Virus record (IMG/VR): IMGVR_UViG_3300020120_000082 | Coordinates: 64,001 to 128,000 of that record | Strand: one strand, 5' to 3' | Length of the DNA: 64,000 bases | Source of the DNA: a virus | Lineage: Duplodnaviria; Caudoviricetes | In this document: positions 41,120 to 51,748 of the stretch, piece after piece | Numbering within the stretch: the first letter of the stretch is position 1 | Layout: each line of letters begins with the position of its first letter | The notes under the pieces: generated by a model | What the model was told of the DNA's origin: nothing | Database searches by the model: none | The model's input: the letters and a program-made list of their open reading frames with translations, nothing else | Program-made: the position numbers and the translations under genes

Positions 41120-41149
41120 CAACACTCTTTCCAACTGAGTTACAGGCGC
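41120..41149 (-). pseudogene. tRNA 5' fragment (acceptor strand plus D-arm)
   Basis: GCGCCTG-TA-ACTC-AGTTGGAAA-GAGT. Confidence 0.7.
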
Positions 41150-41654
41150 AGATCGGGCTGTTGCCAGCCCGGAATTTCTATTCCCCGACGCTTGGCCGAA
41201 CGGGATCGTGTTCCGGTTCTTTGTCCAAATTTTTCTTCCACCACCACATTCGCTGTTCCCGGTCAGTGCCATCGGCATAGGCGAACCAGGATACAACGCA
41301 GATCTCTTCTTCATTCTCTTCAACTACTCGATAAAACTTGCCTTCGCGCTTGACGTAGTAATCTATTTTCATTCTTGCTCCATATCCAGCTTTCTGTTCC
41401 AAAGCTCATTCCAAGCTTTATCGCATAGATCAGCCGCAAAACCAGCCTGATTTTCATCCAGGCCCAGGCCGCGGAAAAACTCGCTTTGTGTGCTAGAAGA
41501 AACACCGCCTGAAATAAACGCCATCAATACTTTTGCACCCTCTTTGGGATCAACATCGCTTGAGTTTCGGATAATCTCCAGGGTGGTGCCATGACGATAG
41601 GTGTAAAGCGTCAGGCCTAGAGTCAGTCTGTTTGTGTTGTTTTCTTTGCGAACG

Positions 41655-42104
41655 CTATCCATAGATATGCTCCCGGATATAAGCCTGAGCCTTCAAATAG
41701 CGCTCAAGCTGTGATTGTCGTTCCGGAATGCCGCGGCAGTGCATGATGTTGTCATCCAGATCAGCCAGCTTGACTTGGGCCGAGTCGGGGTTGATAACAA
41801 TTCTGGGGATGAAATGTTCCAGGTAATTCTCCCCAGGCAATCTCGTTAGCGTGACAACGCCAGCGGGGATCCGGATACCGAAAAGCTGCATCAAGAGAAT
41901 GCTGTTCACATAGCGCGATTGATCTTCCAGGATGTCATGCAGCAGGCCAATAATTTGCAGAGTTTCATCCTGGAAGTGACAGGCCACGCGAAACAGATGG
42001 TTGATATATGGCTCATCTCCGTTCGGATTGTGATAAATCTGATCGCGATGAACGCGAGATGCGAACTCGTAAGCAAAAACTGCCCCAGGCAAAATATTAG
42101 CCAT
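41655..42104 (-). CDS. HD-domain hydrolase, RelA/SpoT (p)ppGpp-hydrolase/Mesh1-like
   Basis: HRDQ...EPYINHLFRVA...GLLHDILED...LTR...VKLADLDDN. Confidence 0.85.
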   Translation of the reverse strand: MANILPGAVFAYEFASRVHRDQIYHNPNGDEPYINHLFRVACHFQDETLQIIGLLHDILEDQSRYVNSILLMQLFGIRIPAGVVTLTRLPGENYLEHFIPRIVINPDSAQVKLADLDDNIMHCRGIPERQSQLERYLKAQAYIREHIYG

Positions 42105-42444
42105 GTCGTTTCATGTCCCAGTAATAGCCCAGCAAGAAACCGCCAATGCAGCTTAGGCCAAATGACGCCATGGCCAGGGTTGCTACCAGACCACCGCTCA
42201 GATAGAACCCCAGTGCGCCAACCAGAAAACAGGCGATCACAAACATGGCTGCAACCCGTTCGCGCTTGCGTTTATCAGTCTCGATGCTCATGGCTGTTGT
42301 GCTCCAGACTCCGAATGTCATCTCGCAGCCGGTCTAGCTGATCTTCCAGTTCGTAAATATACTCAGCCAGCTTGAGATTGATTTCCAGGCGCTCGGCCAG
42401 TTCAGCAACCAGTTCCGCTTTGGTTTTAAGCCAGCCCGGTGTGC

Positions 42445-43050
42445 TCATTTTCCGTCATTCCAGTGCAGACTCTTGGGATCGAACGATGCAACAAAGTATG
42501 GATAGTAATCACTCCAATTCCCGGTCCCAATGGCCATGATCTCTTTGCCATTCTTGGCATCTGCAAAGCTGGCCATTGCTTCGTCTTTGTCTATGGACAC
42601 CATCACTTTCGTCCGCCTGAACATATTGAGTACCGGCTTGCTCTCGATTTCTATCTCGCCCAGAGATGATCGGTAGCCGTCTTCTTCATTCTCGTAAGCG
42701 GCATAAATGACACCATCCAGCACAAAACGAATGACATCTGCTCCTTTGTGGTTTTCACCGAGATAATCCACACCGCTCAACCAATGGGTTCCAACCAGGT
42801 CTTTCAGTTCGACGGTATTTTTTGGTTCATACTTAACAGCCAACCGGCTCTTGACTAGATCAGCTATCTTGCCTTCAGCCACAATTTCTTGCGAGTCCAG
42901 GCTGACAACCTGATAAGAGTCGTTGGCACTTTGTGAGCCCAGGCCTGTTTGATCCAGTGCGTCCCATGCCGAATCGTAGAAACCGCCCAGATCTCTCCAA
43001 CCGCCGTGGGGATGGCGGCTATTGAATTCGAACAGAATATAGTTGCGCAT
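42445..43050 (-). CDS. Phage hypothetical protein
   Basis: 201 aa, two apparent modules (PHGGWRD; EDGYRS...DYYP). Confidence 0.75.
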   Translation of the reverse strand: MRNYILFEFNSRHPHGGWRDLGGFYDSAWDALDQTGLGSQSANDSYQVVSLDSQEIVAEGKIADLVKSRLAVKYEPKNTVELKDLVGTHWLSGVDYLGENHKGADVIRFVLDGVIYAAYENEEDGYRSSLGEIEIESKPVLNMFRRTKVMVSIDKDEAMASFADAKNGKEIMAIGTGNWSDYYPYFVASFDPKSLHWNDGK

Positions 43051-43058
43051 GGTATCTC

Positions 43059-45414
43059 CTAATCCGGCAGGCCATACTCTTTCTTGGCCTGTCCAAGAAT
43101 AAATATCAGATCGTTCAACTGATTGCGAGAGATATACAGTCTGCTGTCGCCCTGTATGATGACCAGATCATGATTTTCTCCGCGATCTCGCCCAGGAACA
43201 AATACGTCCATGGTCGGCTCAAAATCACCATACGACTCGACTTTATAGTGAATCTGAACAGTTTTCATCTTATTTTGGCCTGATCTTCCCAATATTCCTT
43301 GAGCCCATCAGCCAATTCCGGTAGCGCCATGGGCAGCAGCACATACATGGCCACGAATGATGGCTGCAATAGATCGAGCGCCTGAATAGGCGTATATTCT
43401 CCAGAGAACACTTTTTCTATAGTCGACACCAGGTTTGGCATGGATTCGCGTAACTGCTGCTTGTGAGTCGAGTCAGCATGCGCAACCATGGTTTCTAGAT
43501 TTTGGTAAATTTCGCCGTCATTCAATTCGGCTCCCCGGACGACAATATCCAGGGCGGCTGAGAAGAAATGCCCAGCCGGATAGCCTTCCTGGCCATTCGA
43601 GACTACGTAAGCGACGTTGTTTTTGTCCATCAGATCTCCCTGAGAATAGTTCTGGCCCAATCGGGCAATAGCATCCAGCGCAATTGAACAGCCTCGTTAT
43701 TGATGCGCTCAGCCATTGTGTCAAGATTACGGGTAGCTTGCCGTCGCATGCTCAGATAATAGACATATTCCGACATGATCTTGAAACACTCTTGAATTTC
43801 TCGAAGCTCACCTGGCGAACGTCCCAGGATGATGCTTTCTGGTTTTGGCAGGATCATAGCTGGTCCACCAGGTCTTTCGCCCACTGCGGCATGCTGTCTC
43901 TCCACTCTTCCATCAATTGGCTGTATGTAATCTCTTTATTCTTGGACTCCTGGTTTCTTGGACCTGCTTCAGACCGGATTTTGAGCATTCGGAAAGCGCA
44001 CCACTGTCCGATTAGGTGAAAAGCGCCCTCCAGAGCTTCTAGATCATCAACCGTATTTGGTATTGGAATGTCAACCGTCAGATCCATTACAGGTTCTCCA
44101 ATTCTTTGATTTCGCCACGGAGCCACACAAGGCATTGAAACAGGTTATTTCGCGTGTCGTTATCAACCTGGGCGTGTGCTAGTTCGCACTGCTCCAGCAG
44201 GAATTCTAGATTCTCTTTGTACTTCACAATCATGGTGTGTCGAATCTCACCCAGTTGTTCGGCTTTTGGATCATCGTGGATCATCATCAACCAGTTATGT
44301 CCATCCCGAATACCGTAGCGATGGGCTGCTTGAATCAGATCGGCAATCATGATTGCCCCCATGATTTCTCGTCCCACTGGACAAATTCGCGATAGCGATT
44401 AGTGTCCATCCGTCGTAATGTGTACCAGCATTTCTCCCCAGTCCTAATCCAGCCTGTAATTTTTATGCACTGACTGGGATAATCTATCTCGATGGCCTGA
44501 TCTTCAAACGCAGAATAAGTTCCGGATGAGTCGCTCCAACGAATGACTGCATGTCCCGGATCAGAAGCGATTTCATAGCAAATGGCGTGACCAAATCTTT
44601 CGATGTGGATCTCAATTCCGCCACGGCCCGGATCTTCATATTTCATCGCTACGATGTATGGCTTGTCGTGATCGAACAGTGCATTCAGACAATCAGCGTA
44701 AAACAGGGCAGTAGACGCTTTCATTCGAGATCCTTATGCGAAGAATAGTTCGACATAGCCATCAGGGTTCTTTTCAATGTCTTCCGGCTTGCCAATGTGA
44801 GTTGCCTGGCCGGTAATCAGGGAATATCCAGACGGGCATATCTTTAGGGCATGTTTCTGAGCCGAGAAAGCATCTGTTTCATACAGAAGATACACCACGT
44901 AAGAATAGATATCCTCTGGGCGCTTGGCGTTTGGATCGTATTTGTAATAAGTTGCCACGTACAGATATTTCATTCAAACTCCATTTCGATTTGTTCACCC
45001 TCAGCATACGGCTCCCATTCACTGGCATGCTCCGCACAAACATTGTCCGCGTAGACGTTCTTGTTGCTGTCCTGACGAGTCAGTGTGTATGCAGCCTGTC
45101 GGCGGCACCAGGAACAGCGAATGGGCAGGATGCTGCCGATCGGGTTAACCCAGACATGGGTAAATCTGCCAAAATCAGCCACGTTTCTTGACCGGTTCGT
45201 AGTACTTGATGTCCAGACTATCTGGCCACCAGGTGCCAGACTCACTGACTGATCCCGGATCGTATTCACACTCCGCGTAACTACCATCCGTGAATTTTAT
45301 TTTTCCATCCAGCCTTCCGCTGTCGAGCGAGTCGCTCTCGTAACGCTTGTTGCTTTCCAGGACAAACTTCAGAAACTCGCCTATTTCATGGAATGTCTTG
45401 TCTGGTTTACGCAT
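43059..45414 (-). other. Run of about nine small hypothetical genes
   Basis: Contiguous, coupled 70-125 aa ORFs. Confidence 0.6.
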
Positions 45415-45688
45415 TCTTTCTCCGTGGGTTAGTCTCCCATTCCGGGATGCCATCCTGATCGAAATACTCGTCATTCCATTGTCCGCCCCTATGCCAAATG
45501 CGCTCTTCCAGTTTTTCGGGCTCATCCAGGAATGCGATCAGGTTATCAACCATTTCGCGCTGAGCCTTGAGCAGGATTGGCAATGCGTCCTGGTATGCAT
45601 TTCCCATCGGCCCAAGTTCAGTAAGTCTGGTTATTTCTTCATCTAGGGCCAATTTCTGTTTATCGGCCCACTCGCGAACGTCTTTCAT
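45407..45688 (-). CDS. Hypothetical protein, tandem paralog 1
   Basis: MKDVREWADKQ...QREMVDNLIAFLDEPEKLEER. Confidence 0.7.
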   Translation of the reverse strand: MKDVREWADKQKLALDEEITRLTELGPMGNAYQDALPILLKAQREMVDNLIAFLDEPEKLEERIWHRGGQWNDEYFDQDGIPEWETNPRRKNA

Positions 45689-45882
45689 GGCCGCTCCAAT
45701 TCTTCAGGTTCATCAAGAAATGCAATCAAGCCTTCTACAACTTCACGCTGAATATCAACAATAAGGCGCTGCACAACCATATCGCCAGTTAACGTTCCAT
45801 TTCCGTAATGCTCAGCGAATTCACCAGCTTTTTCTCGAAGAGCCTTTCTTTGCTTATCAGCCCATTCACGAACGTCTTTCAT
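45685..45882 (-). CDS. Hypothetical protein, tandem paralog 2
   Basis: MKDVREWADKQ...QREVVEGLIAFLDEPEELER. Confidence 0.7.
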   Translation of the reverse strand: MKDVREWADKQRKALREKAGEFAEHYGNGTLTGDMVVQRLIVDIQREVVEGLIAFLDEPEELERP

Positions 45883-45976
45883 GGTTGCTCCTGGTTCAAT
45901 CTTTCGGCCCAGTAATAGAACAAGATGCCCAGAATGCCAACGATGATCCAGGTCAGCAAAGTCTTGGCAAGCTCAT

Positions 45977-46414
45977 TCATTCCCGCGACATTTCCCAGGT
46001 GGTTTTGATCCAGTCCACCATCTCCTGGGCATCCATGTCCCACTCGATGTACTTCGAAGCGCTTTTGATGGCTTCTTCCTGGTCCAGGATGTAATCTGGA
46101 TCGACATAGCGCTTGCCAAATTCGGCCAGCTTGGCTTGGGTTAGATCACACACTGGGCAACCAGGAACCGGTCTATCTACCGCATCAAAGTAATATCCGC
46201 CTGGTTCGGCGTGGGTATGGCCTTCGTCGTAGTCATAGTTGAAATTGGCCTGGAATGCATCGCAGCCAGAGCAAGAGCCATAAGAGCCGTTAATCCAACC
46301 GACTCTGCCCTCATACTCAACCAGAGCCCACCACTCACCCTGGTAAGAACCGAATGATTTCATGGCTTTGACGTTTGCCCCTGCGGCAATTAGTGCTGTT
46401 TCGTAGTCGCTCAT
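45977..46414 (-). CDS. Phage hypothetical protein
   Basis: FGSYQGEW...YGSCSGCDAF motif. Confidence 0.8.
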   Translation of the reverse strand: MSDYETALIAAGANVKAMKSFGSYQGEWWALVEYEGRVGWINGSYGSCSGCDAFQANFNYDYDEGHTHAEPGGYYFDAVDRPVPGCPVCDLTQAKLAEFGKRYVDPDYILDQEEAIKSASKYIEWDMDAQEMVDWIKTTWEMSRE

Positions 46415-47121
46415 CAGTTCCAATCTCCAATCTCAACCGGCAGGATGTAGTAATTGGTGCCGGTATAGTCGATCTGCATATCCGGATCCAGCGGATTGTC
46501 ACCTTTCTTGGCTCCGCCATAGCGACCATTTCGATCATACGCTTCGCGAGCAAAGGCCGATGCGCCTTCGACATGCTGCTTGGCCTTGTTTTCGTCCATG
46601 TAGGCCATGACTGCCCATTCCCGATTATCGGAATACTCACCGGTTTGTCCCATAACCACGTAGATCATGGGATTGGACTCAAGCTTTTCTGGCGCATTGG
46701 CGATTGTCTCAGCCACGATTTCCGGCGTGGCCATCTTAGGCTGGAACTCCTTGTCTTTCTCGTCCCGCCAAGTGCCATTCTTCTGGCCAGCGCTAATCTG
46801 CTCCATCAGGTTCAGAGTTTCAAAGCTGCCTGCCCTACCAGCAGCATATTCCGGCGATGGGCAGAATTCGGATGTGGCTCCTGATTGGCAGTCCCAGCCT
46901 GTATAATCACACGATCCAGTCAGGTACACGAAACGCCGGTCTTTGAGTTCCAGCACCCAGTGATAGGCTGCACCATCATGCTCACCAGGCTCATAGGCCA
47001 GGACTTTAGCAATGTCATTGACATTGAATCCGTCCTGCGGGTTGTATTCCAGGCAGGCGAACAGATCGTAATCCAGTCCGATCCGATCAATTTCTGACTG
47101 CGGCATATCGTAGAAGCTCAC
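46414..47121 (-). CDS. Two-domain phage hypothetical protein
   Basis: GSCDYTGWDCQ module fused to a IYVVMGQTGEYSD module. Confidence 0.75.
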   Translation of the reverse strand: MSFYDMPQSEIDRIGLDYDLFACLEYNPQDGFNVNDIAKVLAYEPGEHDGAAYHWVLELKDRRFVYLTGSCDYTGWDCQSGATSEFCPSPEYAAGRAGSFETLNLMEQISAGQKNGTWRDEKDKEFQPKMATPEIVAETIANAPEKLESNPMIYVVMGQTGEYSDNREWAVMAYMDENKAKQHVEGASAFAREAYDRNGRYGGAKKGDNPLDPDMQIDYTGTNYYILPVEIGDWN

Positions 47122-48412
47122 TCGATGCCCCTTTCGGCACACTGCTTGTCGAACTCTCTCCAGAAAGAAGACAGATCTCCGGCTGTATGATTACGCCACA
47201 ATTGGCGCAACCCTGCGTTATACGGATCGGTTGGCCCTGTCTGCTTGATTGACACCGACATGCTATCGGCTATTTGGCAAGCCAGGTCAGCTTTGGCTTG
47301 AGAGTAAACCCCAATCGAGATCCACTCTTGATCATAAATTATCAAGTCTTTGAGATGGTCTTTGTCGTGGTCGTTATCTATTTCCATTTTTCGACTCCTG
47401 GATCAAGTAATCCACTTCGGTTTCCATCAGCAGCTTGGTTTCCGGTGAGAGTGAGCTTGTCTGGATAATAGAAATCATGACACGCCTTTTCCCGCCCAAG
47501 CTAATCGTTTCCCTGATGGCCTGGACAAATTTAGGCATGGTGATCGAAAGTGTTTCGTGAATGCCTTCTGATACCGATCGCTCGACTGGATCAGTGCCCA
47601 TATTTAGCCGTAAGCTCCGCATTCTTTTCAGGCTGTTTGCACTGGCAGTTCAAGACATAGATCAGCGCATCTTCGATAGAATATCCAACCTGCCTGAGCG
47701 TGTCGTACAAATCACGCGGCGCTGATCCAGAATTAAGTCCAAGCTGGATAAAGTTTCTGGCCTCTTCGTCAGTCGTTGGCATCTTGAAATGCGTCTCGTC
47801 TTTCATGGCATCACTTTCTTCATGTCGATCTTTTCCAGCTTCTCAATCGGACTGTGCGAATCGATCAAATCCATCTGCGGGTGATTGTGATAGCGATAGG
47901 ACCTGAGTCTCAAAATCTCCCCACTCCATTCTGCGTAGACTTCAAATATCGGAGTGAAAAGACTTTCGTCATCCGACTGCGATCCATACAGGTGACGATA
48001 GACGTAACCGCGGGTAGCCGTGGGCATATCCATCATCCACAACTGGATTGCAGGCCAGAGCGGATCCTGCTCATTGGCAATAGCGCGTTTCAAGACCAGC
48101 AATTCTTCGAATGACGGTTTGTTATTCATCATTCAGGCCTGGGATTTTCTTGAAGCGCGTTAGGCGGCGATCATCCATCCAGGGCTCCCAATGAGTCTGG
48201 ACTTCTTCGTATTCGATGCTGTCAATGGTCAGGCTAAGCATCTCGATGTTCCCCCGAACAGATCCCAGATAGAAAATCGGATCGGTGTCTTCCCGGACTT
48301 CTCCACCATGCGTCAGCGCGAAGATCTCCACATCGATGTCCGGCCATTGCCGCTCAATCTCAACCAGCCTGCCAATGAAGTCGTGAATGTGTGTCATAGA
48401 CTCTCCTGTGTT

Positions 48413-48444
48413 GTAATATTACACTGTTTTCGCCATTTTGTTAA
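48413..48444 (-). promoter_or_regulatory. Sigma70-like promoter with palindromic -10
   Basis: TTAACA-17nt-TAATAT within GTAATATTAC, preceded by the hairpin ATAGGGCGCA/TGCGCCCTAT. Confidence 0.65.
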
Positions 48445-48505
48445 ATGGCTATAGGGCGCATTTCTGCGCCCTATTTGTTCAAAAATAGCCTATTTTTACG
48501 CTATT

Positions 48506-48952
48506 TTAGCGACTGACGCTGACGCTGGCGTTGGGATAGGTTTCGCAGGCGTGGAGATAGTCGGCCACGAAATCAACCAGGCCATCATAATCGCCCCAAC
48601 CATTCTTGGGATTGAACGCCTTGAAGCGTTCTGGATCGGACTCAAGCAATTTCAGGCCTGCTTTCAGCGGCTCAATCAATTGCACAGCCAGTTCGATATC
48701 AATTTCATCTGGTCGCCACAAATGATTGTAGATCCCTGCTTCTTCGGCCATCTTGTTCAAATTGTGGGTGATATTTCTTTCATAAACGCGAGACGATTCT
48801 TCGGCTGGCGCAACGAATGGCTCACGTCCCGGAAAACGCCTGTCCCACTCCCGACGCGTGATTGCCCGCTTGACTCCGTTTTCACGGATATAGATGCGCT
48901 CGGGCTTATCAATCAAATTGTTTTCGATGGATAGATAGACGTCCAGGCTCAT
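48506..48952 (-). CDS. Phage hypothetical protein
   Basis: MSLDV...NITHNLNKMA...FNPKNGWGDYDG. Confidence 0.8.
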   Translation of the reverse strand: MSLDVYLSIENNLIDKPERIYIRENGVKRAITRREWDRRFPGREPFVAPAEESSRVYERNITHNLNKMAEEAGIYNHLWRPDEIDIELAVQLIEPLKAGLKLLESDPERFKAFNPKNGWGDYDGLVDFVADYLHACETYPNASVSVSR

Positions 48953-49647
48953 GATTTACTCCGCGTAAAATGGCTCGGTTGGCACCAGGAGATCACCGTC
49001 GAACACAACCAGTTCATCGTTAAGCAGATAGTCGACGACGAACTGGTTGTACCAGCCTTCGCTATTGGAACCCTTGCCCTGGATGACGGTCACTCCCTGG
49101 GGGAATTCATGATCTCGTTTGACTACGGTGTTTTTGCTGTAGACTGCCAGCAGTAGGGATGCTTTCGCCAACGCAACTTGAACAGTGCGCGGATTGGACA
49201 TTACCAGCCCCACTTGGCTTTCAGCCGAGCAATTTGCGCCTGGATCTGCTCACGCTTTTCAGCAACTTCTTTCTTAGGGCCAGTGATCAGTGACAACTGT
49301 GCTTCCAGGCGATCCAGCACGCCCTGGCGACGGTTGTCGCGGTTCATCAGATGAGCAGCATGGCCACCCTGCCCCTTGGGAAATCTGCGATCCTTATTGA
49401 CTTTGCGACGGACTTTCAATTCGGGTGTTGATGGCATGTTCAGGCTCCCTTGGCGTTACTTGTTTCTGGCGGATATACGCGATGCCAACCGCTGACTGTT
49501 TCAATCCAGGCTTCCTTGGCATCTAATTCTACGACATCGCTCGCGACTGCCTCAGCAATCTTGCTCAGATAGTCACTGTTTTTGAATTCGTTCTGATCAA
49601 CCATAAATATGATTGAGATGCGTCCCCACTGTTCCATGGCTATTCTC

Positions 49648-49935
49648 CTATAGTCCTATCAGTTTGACGAGTGGTTGGATGTGCGGCCAGAAGGTCCACA
49701 ACAAGATAGAGATCATACCAGCCGATCGCATGGTCTTAACCAGCTTGCGCCGGATAGGAAACGGAATATCTCCGGGGTGGATTGCAATTAGGAAGAAGAA
49801 CGTTCCCAGTTTGCAAACAAACTTGTAAATGCGATGGCTACCATTTTGACGAACGACTTCGGCCCCGAAATTCTGTAAGCCGGAGTCCCAATCCTGCGCA
49901 TTCTTCCAGGTCTCGGGATCGTCTTTCTTTCCCAT
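49648..49935 (-). CDS. HicA-like (dsRBD-fold mRNA interferase) protein
   Basis: FGAEVVRQNGSHRIYK...IAIHPGDIP matches the HicA GSH motif; hydrophobic C-tail. Confidence 0.6.
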   Translation of the reverse strand: MGKKDDPETWKNAQDWDSGLQNFGAEVVRQNGSHRIYKFVCKLGTFFFLIAIHPGDIPFPIRRKLVKTMRSAGMISILLWTFWPHIQPLVKLIGL

Positions 49936-50500
49936 GGTTACACCGGATTGGCACCACCAGGCTCGTCAAGGAAGTCGTCGTCCATGTTTTCGTCTTCCCA
50001 TTGATCGGCTGGAAAAATTTCATCAACATCTTCGAATGTGGCATGAACAACCAGGCCAAGCTCTTTGGCATCTGCGGCAATCTTGTCCAAAAGATCAAGC
50101 AGTTTGTCTTCCGAGACAATTTGGTCGTGAAACATAACCGTGATCTGTTTCATTGTTGCTCCTGTCCCAGCGGAATATTTGGCGCAGTGGTAATGGCGTG
50201 CATCTGGCGAATGTTGATGTGCCACTGGCCATAGGCCCAGTATGCCAGATCATGGCTGGTGATCTTGGGCGTATCTGAATTGGTCTTCAGATACTCCTGG
50301 TAAAGCCAGGCCACAAGATCGCTAATTTCATTGTCAGCTTCTTCGTCGGTCATTCGATCTCCATTCTGTGCTATTATTGGCCTGGGAGATCAGTATGCAG
50401 ATGGCGTTGCGTGTTTACTCATCGCGGTTCGTTGCCGTCTGGCTGATCTCCCAAAGACGCCTTGGCAACGAACCGCGGCCTTTTTAACTTGGAGCACAAG

Positions 50501-51748
50501 ATGAAAATAGCGGATATCAAAATCGGCAAGAGACATCGCAAGGATGCGGGTGATATTCAGGGATTGGCCGATAGTATCAAGACAATTGGTCTTTTGCATC
50601 CAATTGTGGTTGATATGAACAAAAACTTGATTGTTGGTTGGCGACGAATTGAAGCATATAAGCTGCTTGGAAAAGATGAAATACCGCATCGCGAAGTCAG
50701 AAACCTGAACGAGTTGTTACCTCTTTTGACGGCAGAGCGCGATGAAAATGTCATGCGTAAAGACTTCAGCCGCAGCGAGGCTGTCGCCATGGGAGAATCG
50801 ATTGAGAAGTTTATAGAGAAACCGGCAGCGGAGAAACGCGAGAAATCCGGAACTAATCAGTATACGGAGCCCTCCGGAAAATTGCCGGAGGGCTCTAAAG
50901 GTGACTCTCGGGATAAAGTTGGCGCTGCGGTTGGCATGAGTGGCAAGACTTACGAAAAGGCCAAGGCGGTTGTTAGTGCGGCCAAGGAAAACCCAAAGAA
51001 GTTCGAGACGGTTCGCCAGGAGATGGACAAGACAGGCAATGTTGATAAAGCCTTCAAAATTGTCAAACGAATTGACGATACAGATAAGCTACCATTTGAG
51101 CCGCAAGCATTCAACATTTGGAATTTCACCGATCGCAATCCCGCATTTGGAATTGAGTATCCTGGAAACATTCCTGGGGATATCATTCAAAATCTCTTGT
51201 GGCTGTACACCGAGAAGAAAGATCTGGTTGTTGATCCGTTTTCCGGTGGCGGTGTAACACATGATGTTTGCCAATGGTGGTCAAAGAAGATGTGGCCAGT
51301 GCGTTGCGTCAGCCTGGATGCCATTCCATCTCGGCCAGAAATAAAGCAGAACGATATCACGGATGGCTTTCCAGCAAGCGCCAGAAATGCCAAGCTTGTT
51401 TTTCTGGATCCGCCATATTGGAAACAAAAGCGCGGAGATTACAAAGGCGGTGACAATCTGGCTGACATGCCACTGGATGAATTTCATCGCAAGCTAGTTG
51501 GCATTGTTGGCGCAAGCGCTGATATATTAGTCAGCGGCGGTTACGTTGCTCTGATCATTGGTGCAACACGCGATCAGAAGCGCTTTGATCACGCTGCTTA
51601 CTTGATGAAACATGTTGAGATGAAACTGGTGGAAAGGATTATTGTTCCATATTCATCTCAGCAGGCCATGGGATATCACATCACTTCGGCTAAGAATGGC
51701 AAGCTTCTATTGAATAGATATCGAGACTTGCTGGTATGGCAGAAGTAA
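50501..51748 (+). CDS. ParB/Srx-domain plus HTH plus DNA amino-methyltransferase fusion
   Basis: LADSIKTIGLLHPIVV...GWRRIEA...ENVMRKD (ParB); VVDPFSGGG and VFLDPPY (MTase); GGAG RBS before ATG 50501. Confidence 0.88.
   Translation: MKIADIKIGKRHRKDAGDIQGLADSIKTIGLLHPIVVDMNKNLIVGWRRIEAYKLLGKDEIPHREVRNLNELLPLLTAERDENVMRKDFSRSEAVAMGESIEKFIEKPAAEKREKSGTNQYTEPSGKLPEGSKGDSRDKVGAAVGMSGKTYEKAKAVVSAAKENPKKFETVRQEMDKTGNVDKAFKIVKRIDDTDKLPFEPQAFNIWNFTDRNPAFGIEYPGNIPGDIIQNLLWLYTEKKDLVVDPFSGGGVTHDVCQWWSKKMWPVRCVSLDAIPSRPEIKQNDITDGFPASARNAKLVFLDPPYWKQKRGDYKGGDNLADMPLDEFHRKLVGIVGASADILVSGGYVALIIGATRDQKRFDHAAYLMKHVEMKLVERIIVPYSSQQAMGYHITSAKNGKLLLNRYRDLLVWQK

Noticed and set aside
48511-48530. GTCAGC repeats like those of the ncRNA
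   Set aside because: They encode the C-terminal ASVSVSR of a conserved CDS and have no accompanying structure.
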